From Candidatus Limnocylindria bacterium (GTDB taxonomy: Bacteria; Chloroflexota; Limnocylindria; QHBO01): 64,000 nt of DNA. Positions 38,653 to 48,539 of the stretch are shown here, piece after piece (position 1 is the first letter of the stretch; every line of letters begins with the position of its first letter). The stretch is from contig DASSTC010000057.1 of the NCBI GenBank assembly GCA_035708065.1, positions 2,788 to 66,787 on the forward strand, written 5' to 3'. Below the pieces are notes generated by a model. That model worked only from the letters and a program-made list of their open reading frames with translations, ran no database searches and had not been told where the DNA came from. The translations under genes were made by a program, and so were the position numbers.

Positions 38653-39765
38653 TCAGCCGACCGCCGTGCCCAGCAGGGTGCCGATGCCGAACGTCACCGC
38701 CGCCGCCGCGAGGCCGAAGCCGACCTGGCGCAGCCCGGACTGCAGCGCGTGCTTGCCGGTCATCACCGTGATCGCGGCGCCCAGTGCGAAGAGCGCCACG
38801 GCCGACAGCACGGCCGAGAGCAGGATCGCGCCGGTACCGCTGCCGAGCAGGAACGGGATGACCGGGATGATCGCGCCGAGGGCGAAGAGCACGAACGAAG
38901 TGAAAGCGGCGACCCACGCCGATCCGCCGAGCTCGTCCGGGTCGATCCCCAGCTCCTCGCGGCTCATCGTGTCGAGCGCGATCTGCGGATCGCCGCTGAT
39001 GATCCGATGCGCCAGGGTGCGCGCCTCGTCCGGCGCCAATCCCTTCGATTCGTAGATCAGGCGCAGCTCCTCCTCTTCCTCCTCGGGGAAGGCGGCCAGC
39101 TCGTCGGCCTCCGTCGCGATCTGGTTGGCGTACAGCTCGCGTGCGCTCTGGACGCTCAGCCACTCGCCGAGGGCCATCGACAGGGACCCGGCGAGCAGCC
39201 CGGCGAGGCCGGCCACGATCACCGCCGCGCCGCCCGAGCTCGCGCCGGCGACGCCCATGACCAGGCTGAAGTTCGAGACGAGGCCGTCGTTCGCGCCGAG
39301 CACCGCGGCGCGCAGCGCGTTGCCGCCGATGCCGCGGTGGCGACCCTCGAAGCGGGCCAGCGTCGCGCCGCTCGCGCCCCCGGTGATGTTGTGCAGCAGC
39401 CGGGCGTGCGATCGCTCATCGGCAGGCAGTGACGTGCCGGCAGCCTCCGGCTGGTCGTCGTACATCGTCCGCCCCTGGCGTTCCTGGGTGGCCATGATCG
39501 GCGCGACCAGCCCGGCGCCGAAGCGGCGCGCGACGAAGGCCAGGGTGCGCGCCCGCCAGGACGGGCCGGCGACGCCGTCCGCGCCCGCAGCGGCGAGCTG
39601 CCGACGCCACAGCTCGCCGTGCCGCTCCTCGACGTCGCCCATGCGCCGGTACAGCTCGGCCAGTCGATCGTCCCCGGCGCGATCGGCCATCGCGCGGTAG
39701 ACGTGTGCGCCGTCGACCTCGCCCTGCAGGTTCTCGCGCCAGCGCGCGACATCCGAGGTGGCCAT
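38653..39765 (-). CDS. ferritin-like (erythrin) domain fused to VIT1/CCC1 transporter, MbfA-type
   Basis: N-terminal GEVDGAHVYRAMA...EERHGELW di-iron-like helices, then the GGNALRAAVLGANDGLVSNF and C-terminal TM blocks of VIT1. ATG 39765 lies 2 nt after the YHS stop. The track N-terminal extension runs out of frame through the YHS gene. Confidence 0.8.
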   Translation of the reverse strand: MATSDVARWRENLQGEVDGAHVYRAMADRAGDDRLAELYRRMGDVEERHGELWRRQLAAAGADGVAGPSWRARTLAFVARRFGAGLVAPIMATQERQGRTMYDDQPEAAGTSLPADERSHARLLHNITGGASGATLARFEGRHRGIGGNALRAAVLGANDGLVSNFSLVMGVAGASSGGAAVIVAGLAGLLAGSLSMALGEWLSVQSARELYANQIATEADELAAFPEEEEEELRLIYESKGLAPDEARTLAHRIISGDPQIALDTMSREELGIDPDELGGSAWVAAFTSFVLFALGAIIPVIPFLLGSGTGAILLSAVLSAVALFALGAAITVMTGKHALQSGLRQVGFGLAAAAVTFGIGTLLGTAVG

Positions 39766-39767
39766 GC

Positions 39768-39971
39768 TCAGTGCATGTGCGGGACGTAATCCGGCCCGAA
39801 GACCTTCTTCGGGTCGTCGGCGAACTCGAGCAGGCAGCCGCGGCTGCAGAAGGAGTAGGTCCGTCCGTCGTACTCCGCCGTGCGCCCGTCGGCGCGGGCC
39901 TCCTCGGGGTTCACCGCCATGCCGCAGACGGGATCGGTTTCGAAGTCGGTGCGCTGGTCGAGATCGGTCAT
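39768..39971 (-). CDS. YHS-domain (TRASH-type) metal-binding protein
   Basis: DPVCGMAV...YDGRTYSFCSRGCLLEF is the YHS signature. 67 aa; starts 7 nt after the copA stop. Confidence 0.85.
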   Translation of the reverse strand: MTDLDQRTDFETDPVCGMAVNPEEARADGRTAEYDGRTYSFCSRGCLLEFADDPKKVFGPDYVPHMH

Positions 39972-39978
39972 CGGTCAT

Positions 39979-42228
39979 TCACCTTTCGCGATGTGGTTGC
40001 GAGGAAGCCGGCTGGAAGGCGCGCAGTCGCAGCGAGTTGCTGACCACGCTCACGCTGGAGAGTGCCATGGCGCCGGCAGCCAGGGCTGGGCTGAGGGTCA
40101 GGCCCAGCAGCGGGTACAGCACGCCAGCCGCCACCGGGATGAGCAGGATGTTGTAGCCGAACGCCCAGCCAAGGTTCTGGCGGATTACCCGCATCGTCGC
40201 CCGCGACAGACCGATGCCATCCGGCACGCTGCCCAGGTCGTCGCCCAGGATCGTGATGTCCGACGCCTCGAGCGCGACGTCGGCGCCGGTGCCGATGGCG
40301 ATGCCCAGGTCCGCCTGGGCCAGCGCCGGCGCGTCATTGATCCCATCGCCGACCATCGCGACGGTCGCGCCCTCTCGCTGCAGGCGATCGACCTGCGCGG
40401 CCTTCTCACCGGGGAGCACCTCGGCCAGGATCCGGTTCGGCGCGATGCCGGCCCGTTCGGCGATCCTTGCCGCCGTCGCGGCGCGGTCGCCGGTGATCAT
40501 CCACACGTCGAGGCCGCGGTTTCGCAGCCTGGCGACCGCGTGGGCCGCCTCGGGACGGATGGTGTCGGCCACGCCGATGACGCCGGCCAGCTGGCCGTCG
40601 ACGGCCACGAACACCGGCGAGTCGCTGGTTCGCGCTGCGTCGACCGCGATCCCGGCGTCGCGCAGCAGCCGTTCGGTGCCGATCAGCAGCGCATGCCCGT
40701 CGACCGTGGCGCGCACGCCGCCGCCGGCGATGGCTTCGAAGTGGCTGGCGTCGGGGACCGGCTGGCCGGCAGCCAGCGCGTGACGGACGATTGCCTCGGC
40801 GACCGGGTGCTCGCTGCCGCGCTCGGCGCCTGCGGCGAGTGCCAGCAGCTCCGCCTCCGGCATGTCGCGCGGCTCGACCGCGGTGACGCTCAGCGCACCG
40901 CGGGTCAGCGTGCCGGTCTTGTCGAGCACCACCGTGGTGATGCGCTGCGCTTCCTCGAGCGCCGTCCCGTTCCGCACCAGGATGCCGTGCTCGGCGCCCT
41001 TGCCGGTGCCCACCATGATCGCCGTCGGCGTGGCGAGGCCCATGGCGCATGGGCAGGCGATGATCAGCACCGCGATCGCGCTCGACAGCGCGAAGGGCAG
41101 CCGTGGCTCCGGACCGAACAGCATCCAGGTCGCGAACGTCAGCAGCGCCACGCCCACGACGGCGGGCACGAACCAGCCGGTGACGCGGTCCGCGAGCCGC
41201 TGGATCGGCGCCTTCGAGCCCTGTGCCTGCTCGACCAGCCGGACGATCTGCTCCAGCGCGGTGTCGCTGCCGACCTTCTCGGCACGCATCACGAAGGACC
41301 CGCTCGTGTTGAGCGTCGCGCCGATCACGCGATCGCCCGCGACCTTCTCGACGGGGAGCGACTCGCCGGTGAGCATCGATTCGTCGAGGGCGGAGGCGCC
41401 ATCGGTCAGGATGCCGTCGACCGGGACCTTGTCCCCCGGACGCACGCGCAGCAGGTCGCCCTCGCGCACCTGATCGACCGGCAGGTCGAACTCGACGCCG
41501 TTGCGGATCACCCGCGCGGTGGCCGGTCGCAGCTCGAGCAGCGCCCTGATGGCGCCCGACGCACGACCCTTGGCACGCGCTTCGAGCCATCGGCCGAACA
41601 GGATCAGGCCGATGATCACCGCCGCGCTGTCGTAGTACGTCTCGAGCGTCAGGCCGGCGTCGGTGACGACCTCGGGGAGCAGCGTGACGAACAGCGAATA
41701 GCCGTACGCCGCCAGGGTGCCCATCGCCACCAGCGTGTTCATGTTGAGGTCGCCGTGGGGCAGACCCTTCGCCGCCGGCACGATGAAGCGCCGGCCGAGC
41801 ACGAACTGGACGATCGTGGCCGGCACGAGGAGCCAGACGTTGATGCGTTCCATCGGCCAGGGCGCACCGCCCGGCCAGAACATGACCGCCATCATCGCCA
41901 GGCCGATGCCGGTCGCGGCCAGCGCCTGCCAGAGCAGGTCGCGCTGCTCGCGCTCGGCGGCTTCCTGGACCTGGCCGGCTTCGTCGCCGGTCGCCGCCGC
42001 ATCGGTCCGGCGCACGTCATAGCCCGCCGCCCGGATGGTGTCGACGATCCCGGCGCGATCGATGCGCGCCGGATCGAAGTGCACCGTGGCTCGCTCGGTG
42101 GCGAGATTGACGGTCGCCTGCGCCACGCCGTCGGCCCTGTTGAGGTAACGCTCGATGCGGTTGACGCACGACGCGCAGGTCATGCCGATGACCGGCAGCG
42201 TGAGCTCGGTGTCAGCGTTGGTCGCCAT
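39979..42228 (-). CDS. copA: copper-translocating P1B-type ATPase
   Basis: GMTCASC metal-binding domain, CPC in TM6, [16 protein letters not shown] and MALSS motifs are typical of Cu(I) pumps. ATG 42228 chosen; in-frame ATG 42267 is an alternative. Confidence 0.9.
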   Translation of the reverse strand: MATNADTELTLPVIGMTCASCVNRIERYLNRADGVAQATVNLATERATVHFDPARIDRAGIVDTIRAAGYDVRRTDAAATGDEAGQVQEAAEREQRDLLWQALAATGIGLAMMAVMFWPGGAPWPMERINVWLLVPATIVQFVLGRRFIVPAAKGLPHGDLNMNTLVAMGTLAAYGYSLFVTLLPEVVTDAGLTLETYYDSAAVIIGLILFGRWLEARAKGRASGAIRALLELRPATARVIRNGVEFDLPVDQVREGDLLRVRPGDKVPVDGILTDGASALDESMLTGESLPVEKVAGDRVIGATLNTSGSFVMRAEKVGSDTALEQIVRLVEQAQGSKAPIQRLADRVTGWFVPAVVGVALLTFATWMLFGPEPRLPFALSSAIAVLIIACPCAMGLATPTAIMVGTGKGAEHGILVRNGTALEEAQRITTVVLDKTGTLTRGALSVTAVEPRDMPEAELLALAAGAERGSEHPVAEAIVRHALAAGQPVPDASHFEAIAGGGVRATVDGHALLIGTERLLRDAGIAVDAARTSDSPVFVAVDGQLAGVIGVADTIRPEAAHAVARLRNRGLDVWMITGDRAATAARIAERAGIAPNRILAEVLPGEKAAQVDRLQREGATVAMVGDGINDAPALAQADLGIAIGTGADVALEASDITILGDDLGSVPDGIGLSRATMRVIRQNLGWAFGYNILLIPVAAGVLYPLLGLTLSPALAAGAMALSSVSVVSNSLRLRAFQPASSQPHRER

Positions 42229-42268
42229 ACTGCTGGGGAGTATACCGCGAGCGGGAAAATCCATCGAC

Positions 42269-42426
42269 CGCCGGCAGGTGACTCTATCGGAGAACGAAGC
42301 GGCTGAACGGTGCCTTTGCGGTGCCTTCCACCGCCGCCGGAGCCAGCCTGTGGCGATTTTGCCGGAGGAAGTCGGCGAACCGAGCTCCGCGAGCCGCTCG
42401 TTCGCTGATAGGGCCACCTGCTGGCT
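42269..42426. repeat. 158-nt imperfect-palindrome repeat element, copy 1
   Basis: 28-nt arms at 42269-42296 and 42399-42426 are inverted (22/28 WC plus 3 G:T) with a 102-nt core. The right arm is 26/28 identical to 53273-53300. Confidence 0.6.
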
Positions 42427-42473
42427 GCTGAGCGTCGGCGATGGGCACCCAGCCGCTGCTAGCCTACAAACCG

Positions 42474-43652
42474 ATGCGCGCGCTGATCCTGACCAACGAG
42501 TTCCCGCCGACGATCTACGGCGGCGCGGGCGTGCACGTCGGTGAGCTGACACGCGCGCTGCGGCAGCTCATCGAGGTCGAGGTGCGCACCTTCGGTGACG
42601 ACCAGGTCGACGAGCCGGGCTGGCAGGTGACCGGCTTCCCGGCGGACGAGCGCTTTGGCGGAGTGTTCAAGACGCTCGAGCGCGACATCCACATGGCGGC
42701 GCCGCCGACCGAGGCCGACGTCGTCCATGCGCATACCTGGTACACCCACCTGGCGGCGGTGCTCACCAGGCTCAACGCCGGCATCCCGCTGGTCGTGACG
42801 GTTCACTCGCTCGAGCCGCTGCGCCCGTGGAAGCGCGAGCAGCTCGGCGGCGGCTACGACGTTTCGAGCTGGATCGAGAAGACCGCGCTCGAGATGGCCG
42901 ATGCGGTGATCGCCGTCAGCCGCGAGACGCGCGACGACGTGCTGCGCCTGTTCGACGTGCGGCCGGAGCGGGTCCACGTCATCCACAACGGCATCGATGC
43001 CGACTTCTTCCACCCGGTCGTCGAGACCGATGCCCTCGAGCGGCACGGCGTCGACCCGTCGCGGCCGTACGTCCTGTTCGTCGGTCGCATCACGCGGCAG
43101 AAGGGGATCGTCCACCTGGTGCGCGCCATCGCGCAGCTCGACCCCGGCATCGGTGTGGTCCTGTGCGCCGGACAGCCCGACACCCCGGAGATCGCGCGGG
43201 AGATGGAGGAGGGAGTGGCGGCCGCTCGGGCGCATCGGTCGAACGTGGTCTGGATCCCGGAAATGGTCAGCCGCGAAGCGGTCCGGCAGCTGTACAGCCA
43301 TGCCGCCGTGTTCTGCTGTCCATCGGTCTACGAGCCGTTCGGGATCATCAACCTCGAGGCGATGGCCTGCGAGACGCCGGTCGTGGCCAGTGCGGTGGGC
43401 GGCATCCCGGAGGTCGTCGTCGAGGGCGAGACCGGTGTCCTGGTGCCCCTCGAGCTGGCGGCGCCGATGCAGCCGGCCGACGCCGCGCGCTTCGAGGATG
43501 ACCTGGCCGACGCGATCAACGCGCTCATGGCCGATCCGGGGCGGCGACGGGCGATGGGCGAAGCCGGTCGCCGCCGGGCCGTCGAGTCGTTCGGCTGGGA
43601 CGCGATCGCCCGACGCACCATCGAGCTGTACGCTGCGACGGGGTCCGCATGA
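42474..43652 (+). CDS. glgM: GT4 glycosyltransferase, GlgA/GlgM-type (glycogen / alpha-maltose-1-phosphate synthase)
   Basis: [29 protein letters not shown] closely resembles the N-terminus I recall for mycobacterial GlgM. C-terminal E..G....EAMA GT-B motif ([15 protein letters not shown]). Confidence 0.75.
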   Translation: MRALILTNEFPPTIYGGAGVHVGELTRALRQLIEVEVRTFGDDQVDEPGWQVTGFPADERFGGVFKTLERDIHMAAPPTEADVVHAHTWYTHLAAVLTRLNAGIPLVVTVHSLEPLRPWKREQLGGGYDVSSWIEKTALEMADAVIAVSRETRDDVLRLFDVRPERVHVIHNGIDADFFHPVVETDALERHGVDPSRPYVLFVGRITRQKGIVHLVRAIAQLDPGIGVVLCAGQPDTPEIAREMEEGVAAARAHRSNVVWIPEMVSREAVRQLYSHAAVFCCPSVYEPFGIINLEAMACETPVVASAVGGIPEVVVEGETGVLVPLELAAPMQPADAARFEDDLADAINALMADPGRRRAMGEAGRRRAVESFGWDAIARRTIELYAATGSA

Positions 43653-43665
43653 TGGCAGTGGCTCC

Positions 43666-44301
43666 CTAGCGGTCAGCCGCAACCCGCGACATCAGCGCCA
43701 GGGTGTTGCCCTCACCGTCCTCGAAAAAGGCCATCCACTCCTCGTCGCCGCTCGCGTCATCGGTGAAGATCAGGTGCGGTGCACCGGTGAAGTGGACGCC
43801 GCGTGCCGTGAGCTCGGCGTGCTCCGTGCCGATGTCGTCGACCCGGAAGTAGAGGATGGAGCCCGGCTTCCACTCGTCAGCGCTCTTGCGGTGGAGGTAG
43901 AGCCGGGTGCCGGCCATGTCGAAGAAGGCCAGGTCACCGAAGGTGAAGACGTGCGGCAGCCCGAGCACTTCCCCGTAGAAACGTTCGGCGCGAGCGACGT
44001 CTCCGACGTCGAGCGAGACCTGGCCGAGTGGCCCGAGGTGAAGGTCGCTGGTCATGGAGTCCTCCAGGGCGCGGTGCATGGGGCTCGACTGCGGGTAGCC
44101 CGGCCAGTGCCGGAGCTGCCTTGTCTCGACACCGAGCTTCGCGCTGATGTTGGCAAGGTGGTACTTCACCGCGTCGATGCTGGTGTGGCGCAGCCGCGCG
44201 ATCTCCGCGCGCCCGAGCCCGTGGCGCACGAGGTCCAGGACTGCCCACTCGGCGGGCGTCAGGGTGTCCGGGTGCGGTGGCCGGCCGCGGCTGCGAGGCA
44301 T
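43666..44301 (-). CDS. LuxR-type HTH fused to VOC (glyoxalase/bleomycin-resistance fold) domain
   Basis: LTPAEWAVLDLVRHGLGRAEIARLRHTSIDAVKYHLANISAKLGV HTH, followed by GPLGQVSLDVGDVARAERFYGEVLGL... VOC-like beta-alpha-beta units. Confidence 0.7.
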   Translation of the reverse strand: MPRSRGRPPHPDTLTPAEWAVLDLVRHGLGRAEIARLRHTSIDAVKYHLANISAKLGVETRQLRHWPGYPQSSPMHRALEDSMTSDLHLGPLGQVSLDVGDVARAERFYGEVLGLPHVFTFGDLAFFDMAGTRLYLHRKSADEWKPGSILYFRVDDIGTEHAELTARGVHFTGAPHLIFTDDASGDEEWMAFFEDGEGNTLALMSRVAADR

Positions 44302-44335
44302 GCGGGCAGGGTAGAGGGGCGTGGCCCGAATTACC

Positions 44336-45550
44336 CTACCCGCGACGTCGCCGGCGCAAGACACCGGCAACGCCGAGGCCGCCGAGCAGGAAGACGAGGC
44401 CGGCTGCCGGGAAGATGCCGTCGACGCCGGTCGCCCACGCCACCAGGGCGCCGGCGGTCGGGCCGATGATGCCGGCGACGTACAGCGGCAGCAGGACGAG
44501 GTTGAGGGTGGCGGAGCGGCGCTCGGCGGGCGCCTCGGTGGCGATCAGGCCGAACATCATGGCCTGCACCGCTGCCTGGAATGCCGCGTAGATCGCCGCC
44601 AGCCCGGCCAGCAGCACCACGCCGGACGCCAGCGGCATGAGGCCGACGACCACGCCGCCGCCGATCAACGAGGCGGCGAGCACTGGACGGAAGCCGATGC
44701 GGTCGCCGATCGGACCGGAGATCGGCGACACCAGCGCGCCGACGAGCGCTGCGGTGCCGGTGACCAGCGCGATCGCGCTGGCGAGCCCGGCGCCCGTTCC
44801 GAAGATGCGCTCGACCAGGATCGGCAGGAAGGGACGGAACATCTGGTTGGCGAGGATCGCCACCCCGAAGATCAGGAAGAGGCGCCGCACGGTCGCGTCG
44901 CGCAGCACGCCGACGATCGCGTCGCGTGCCAGCGGGAGCGTCCCGCCGGCCGGCACGATCTCGGGCCGGATCTCGCGGGTGCCGACCAGCAGGACCACGA
45001 CGATCGCCGCGGACAGGGCCGCGGACAGCGCGAACACCGCGGGCAGCGGCAGGTGCAGGCCGTCGACCATCAGTCCGGCGATGACCGGGCCGATGGCGAA
45101 GCCGATGGGACTGGTCGCGCCGAACAGCGCGCTCATCGTGCCGATCCGGTGCCGCGGCGTGACGTCGCGCAGGGCCGCCAACATCACCCCGGTGTTGCCC
45201 AGCTGCAGCCCGGTGAGCAGCAGCGCGCCGCCCAGCTGCCACGGTTCGCGCGCCGCGGCGACCGCGCCGAAGACGACCGCTTCGACGACGGCGCTGCGCA
45301 CGATCACCGCCCGGCGGCTGTACTTGTCGGCCCACACGCCCCAGAACGGCACGAGCAGGATGCCGAAGACGAAGATCAGCGAGGTGAAGATGCCGGTGAA
45401 CGCCGGGATGTCGGCCTCGGGCAGGCCAACCTCGCGCAGCCGCAGCGGCAGGAAGGCGAAGATCTGGCTGACACCGAGCGCCTCGATCGTCGAAGTGACG
45501 CCGTAGGCGAGCAGCAGCGAGCGCCAGCCCTGCCGAGCGGGGGAGTCCAC
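44336..45550 (-). CDS. MFS transporter
   Basis: 404 aa polytopic protein with a WADKYSRR MFS loop motif. Confidence 0.85.
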   Translation of the reverse strand: MDSPARQGWRSLLLAYGVTSTIEALGVSQIFAFLPLRLREVGLPEADIPAFTGIFTSLIFVFGILLVPFWGVWADKYSRRAVIVRSAVVEAVVFGAVAAAREPWQLGGALLLTGLQLGNTGVMLAALRDVTPRHRIGTMSALFGATSPIGFAIGPVIAGLMVDGLHLPLPAVFALSAALSAAIVVVLLVGTREIRPEIVPAGGTLPLARDAIVGVLRDATVRRLFLIFGVAILANQMFRPFLPILVERIFGTGAGLASAIALVTGTAALVGALVSPISGPIGDRIGFRPVLAASLIGGGVVVGLMPLASGVVLLAGLAAIYAAFQAAVQAMMFGLIATEAPAERRSATLNLVLLPLYVAGIIGPTAGALVAWATGVDGIFPAAGLVFLLGGLGVAGVLRRRRRG

Positions 45551-45611
45551 GCCGCGAGTCTATCGACGACCGATGCCCCGGGCCGGTAATGTGCTGCCGG
45601 AGGCGGATGAC

Positions 45612-46589
45612 ATGAGCACGAGATACGAACCTGCGCGACGCGGCGCGCTGATCGGCGGCATCTGGCTGGTGGGCCTGGGCCTGATCTTCCTCGCCCAGCA
45701 GCTGCTCGAGATCCCCTGGTCGCAGGCGTGGCCGCTGTTCCTGATCCTGGCCGGCATCGCCGGGGCGGCGCAGATCCTGTTCGGCTTCGGCGGGTGGGCA
45801 GGCTCTGTCGCCTGGATGCGCTGGATCTGGCCGGTCCTGCTCGTCGGCCTGGGCGTGCTGTTCCTGGGGGTCACCACCGGCACGTGGGGCATCCGCTTCG
45901 GCGACCTGGTCACCTGGTGGCCGCTACTGCTGGTGGGCATCGGCGTCCTGTTCCTGATCGGCGCGGTCTGGCCCGGCCAGCGGCGCTCGGCGCAGGAAGC
46001 GGTGTCGATGGATGCCGAGGGCGTGTCACGCGCCGAGGTCGTGGTGCGCTTCGGCGCCGGTGAGCTCGCGATCGGTGCCGGTCGCAGGGGCAAGCTGGTC
46101 GAGGGCGAGTTCGTTGGCGGTGTCGTCGCCAAGCGGCCGTCGCGCGAGCGCGTCGAGCTCAGCCCGGACATGGAGCGCGGCGCGTGGTGGGGCGGGGAGC
46201 GGCTCGACTGGGACGTCCGCCTGGCGCCGGACATCGAGCTCGACCTGCGGATCGAGGGCGGGGCGAGCCGCAGCGCGCTCGACCTGCGTGAGCTGCGGGT
46301 GCGGCGGCTGGATCTCAGGACGGGCGCCAGCCAGACCAACGTGCGCTTGCCGGCGCATGGCGCCACGGCGGTGCGTGCGGATGCCGGCGCCGCGCAGGTG
46401 AGCTTCGACGTGCCGCCCGGCGTGGCGGCCCGTATTCGCTCGCAGATGGTCGTCGGCGCGACCGATGTCGACGAGTCGCGCTTCCCGAAGCTCGACCGCG
46501 GCCGCTACGAGTCGCCTGACTTCGCGACCGCCGCGGATCGCGTCGAGATCGACGTCCGCGGCGGCATGGGCAACGTCCGGATCAGCTGA
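45612..46589 (+). CDS. LiaF/toastrack-like membrane protein
   Basis: Four N-terminal TM segments, then a beta-rich repetitive C-terminal domain (LDLR..GASRS.LDLREL...LDLRTGASQT) resembling LiaF/DUF2154 toastrack domains. GGAGG lies 8 nt before ATG 45612. Confidence 0.55.
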   Translation: MSTRYEPARRGALIGGIWLVGLGLIFLAQQLLEIPWSQAWPLFLILAGIAGAAQILFGFGGWAGSVAWMRWIWPVLLVGLGVLFLGVTTGTWGIRFGDLVTWWPLLLVGIGVLFLIGAVWPGQRRSAQEAVSMDAEGVSRAEVVVRFGAGELAIGAGRRGKLVEGEFVGGVVAKRPSRERVELSPDMERGAWWGGERLDWDVRLAPDIELDLRIEGGASRSALDLRELRVRRLDLRTGASQTNVRLPAHGATAVRADAGAAQVSFDVPPGVAARIRSQMVVGATDVDESRFPKLDRGRYESPDFATAADRVEIDVRGGMGNVRIS

Positions 46590-46610
46590 GCGCACTCACC
46601 TGATCGCGGA

Positions 46611-47189
46611 TCAGGCTCGCCGGTCGAACACCTCTCCGGGCTGCCACGGCGTGCCGAGCGCGGGGAGCAGCCAGCGGTCGAGGCCGAGCCAGCCGGCATT
46701 GCGCCACGCGAGCACCAGCAGCGTGCCGAGGATGATCAGGATCGGGTTGCTGCTCACCGTGCCGGCCAGCAGGTAGTTCGCGTTCATCACGATCCCGAAG
46801 AACGCCGCGATGCCGGTCAACGCACCGAGGATCAGCGCCAGGCCGACGGCCAGCTCGCCGATCGTCACCAGCCAGCCGAAGATGCCGGCGTTGGGGACGA
46901 CCACGTTCTGCAGGAACCAGGCGTACCAGCCGGTGACGTCGGGATGATCGCCGCCGGTCTTGGCGAGCGCCCCCTGCGCGAAGCCGTTCACCGCGGCGCC
47001 GGCCTGCGCGCCGGTCCACGCCGGCGAGCCGAGCTTGCCGAGCCCCGACGACAGCCATTCGTAGCCGAGGTAGAGGCGCACGATGAGCCAGATCCACGAG
47101 GCGCGCGTGTCCGCAAACAACCACCGGGCGAACGGCGGCTCGCGCAGCTCGCCGGGTTGCGGGCCTGTCCCCCGCGCAAGAGCGGTCAT
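46611..47189 (-). CDS. DoxX-family membrane protein
   Basis: IVRLYLGYEWLSSGLGKL...GELAVGLALILG pattern; GGGAGAG SD before ATG 47189 (the track starts at TTG 47210). Confidence 0.65.
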   Translation of the reverse strand: MTALARGTGPQPGELREPPFARWLFADTRASWIWLIVRLYLGYEWLSSGLGKLGSPAWTGAQAGAAVNGFAQGALAKTGGDHPDVTGWYAWFLQNVVVPNAGIFGWLVTIGELAVGLALILGALTGIAAFFGIVMNANYLLAGTVSSNPILIILGTLLVLAWRNAGWLGLDRWLLPALGTPWQPGEVFDRRA

Positions 47190-47291
47190 CACATCTCTCC
47201 CTAGAACCAATCCGATTCGGGACCGATGGCTCGCACGTCACGTGCCGTCTGGCCCTGCCCCCGCCGGTGGCGCAGCTCGCATTGTTGCAGC

Positions 47292-47819
47292 ATGCATGGC
47301 GACTTCGTCCAGTCCCAGGCCGCACACGACGACGTTCCATCCGGGATGTCGCACCTGGTCGTGGTCGCCGACACGGACCTTCCCACCGATGCCTTCCGTC
47401 GCGCGGTCGTCGAGGACGATCCGGCCTGGATCGGTGGCCGCATGCCGGACGCCGCCGCGCCCGCCGGGATGTCGCGGCATCTGACGGGTCTGGGGCTGCA
47501 CATCGTCGATCACAGCGGGGCGTTGCTGCGCAAGGCCGCGTTCGTGGACATCGGTCCGCTCCGGAGCGTGGGGGACGGGTTCGAGGTCGAGATCGGCTGG
47601 TGCGCAGCGACGCTGGCGCCGCTCTTCCCGGTCTTCGCCGGGCGGCTGGCGGTCGCCGAGGGCCAGCTGCGCATCGAGGGCTGGTACGCGCCGCCGGGCG
47701 GCATCGTCGGCCGGGTCGCCGACCGGATGCTGCTGAACCTCGCCGCGCGCGGAACGGCGCGCTGGCTGCTCGCCGCGCTCGCCGACGTGGTGCGCTCGCG
47801 CGACGTGCGGGTCGCCTAG
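47292..47819 (+). CDS. hypothetical protein
   Basis: Non-Arg-biased frame (FEVEIGWCAATLAPLFPVFAGRL...IEGWYAPPGG); start uncertain (47292 or a downstream ATG). Confidence 0.4.
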   Translation: MHGDFVQSQAAHDDVPSGMSHLVVVADTDLPTDAFRRAVVEDDPAWIGGRMPDAAAPAGMSRHLTGLGLHIVDHSGALLRKAAFVDIGPLRSVGDGFEVEIGWCAATLAPLFPVFAGRLAVAEGQLRIEGWYAPPGGIVGRVADRMLLNLAARGTARWLLAALADVVRSRDVRVA

Positions 47820-47861
47820 CCGCTCGTCACCGCGGCGGTCGCGGCGTCGAACGGCGTTGCG

Positions 47862-48539
47862 TCAGCCGCGGTCGAGTCCGTGCTTGGCGACGAACGCGGC
47901 GGCCTGCGCGCGACGCTGCAGGTCGAGCTTGGCGAGAATGCTGCTCACGTAGTTCTTCACCGTCTTGTCGGAGAGGAAGACCTCGGCGGCGATCTCCTTG
48001 TTCGTCTTCCCCTCGGCGACCAGCAGCAGGATCTTGCGCTCCTGGGCGGTGAGCTCGGCGAGCTCGTCGTGCTCGTCGCCCGATGCGGCGCGCCGGACGC
48101 GCTCGAGCACGCGCTCGGTGACGGCCGGGTCCAGCAGCGAGTCGCCGCGGCCGACGGCCTCGAGCGCGGCGACCAGGTCGCGACCGCGCACCTGCTTGAG
48201 CAGGTAGCCGCTCGCCCCGGCGATGATCGCCGACAGGACGGCCTCCTCGTCCGGGTAGCTGGTCAGCATGACGACCCGGGTCTGCGGCATCTCGGCACGG
48301 ATCTCCCGGCAGGCCTCGATCCCCGAGCCGTCCGGCAGCCGCACGTCCATCACCACCAGGTCGGGCTGGAACTTGCGCGCCGCGGCCAGCGACTCGGCGA
48401 CCGTCCCTGCCTGCGCGACCACGGTGAACTCCGGCCGGCGCTCGAGCAGCGCCACGAGGCCCTGTCGCACGATCTCGTGGTCGTCCACGACCAGCAGCCG
48501 CAGTGGATGCGTCGCGTCGTGGATCGTGTCCTGTGTCAT
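47862..48539 (-). CDS. NarL/LuxR-family response regulator (DosR-like architecture)
   Basis: LLVVDDHEIVRQG, VVMDVRLPDGSG and a C-terminal LTAQERKILLLVAEGKTNKEIAAEVFLSDKTVKNYVSSI HTH; ATGA overlap with the kinase stop. Confidence 0.9.
   Translation of the reverse strand: MTQDTIHDATHPLRLLVVDDHEIVRQGLVALLERRPEFTVVAQAGTVAESLAAARKFQPDLVVMDVRLPDGSGIEACREIRAEMPQTRVVMLTSYPDEEAVLSAIIAGASGYLLKQVRGRDLVAALEAVGRGDSLLDPAVTERVLERVRRAASGDEHDELAELTAQERKILLLVAEGKTNKEIAAEVFLSDKTVKNYVSSILAKLDLQRRAQAAAFVAKHGLDRG

Noticed and set aside
38653-39978. The full 441-aa version of the VIT1 ORF starting at ATG 39978 right after the copA stop
   Set aside because: The extra 71 N-terminal codons read out of frame through the well-supported YHS gene and are Arg-rich. 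The ferritin-like domain starts at ATG 39765.
39880-42306. 808-aa plus-strand ORF, the longest in that region
   Set aside because: It is antisense to copA, extremely Arg/Gly/Asp-rich and has no motifs. The minus strand carries every P1B-ATPase signature. It is a high-GC shadow ORF.
46599-46615. CCTGATC-GCG-GATCAGG hairpin between the LiaF-like and DoxX genes as a terminator
   Set aside because: The stem is only 7 bp with a 3-nt loop, there is no U-tract, and it overlaps the DoxX stop codon. This is too weak to list as a feature.
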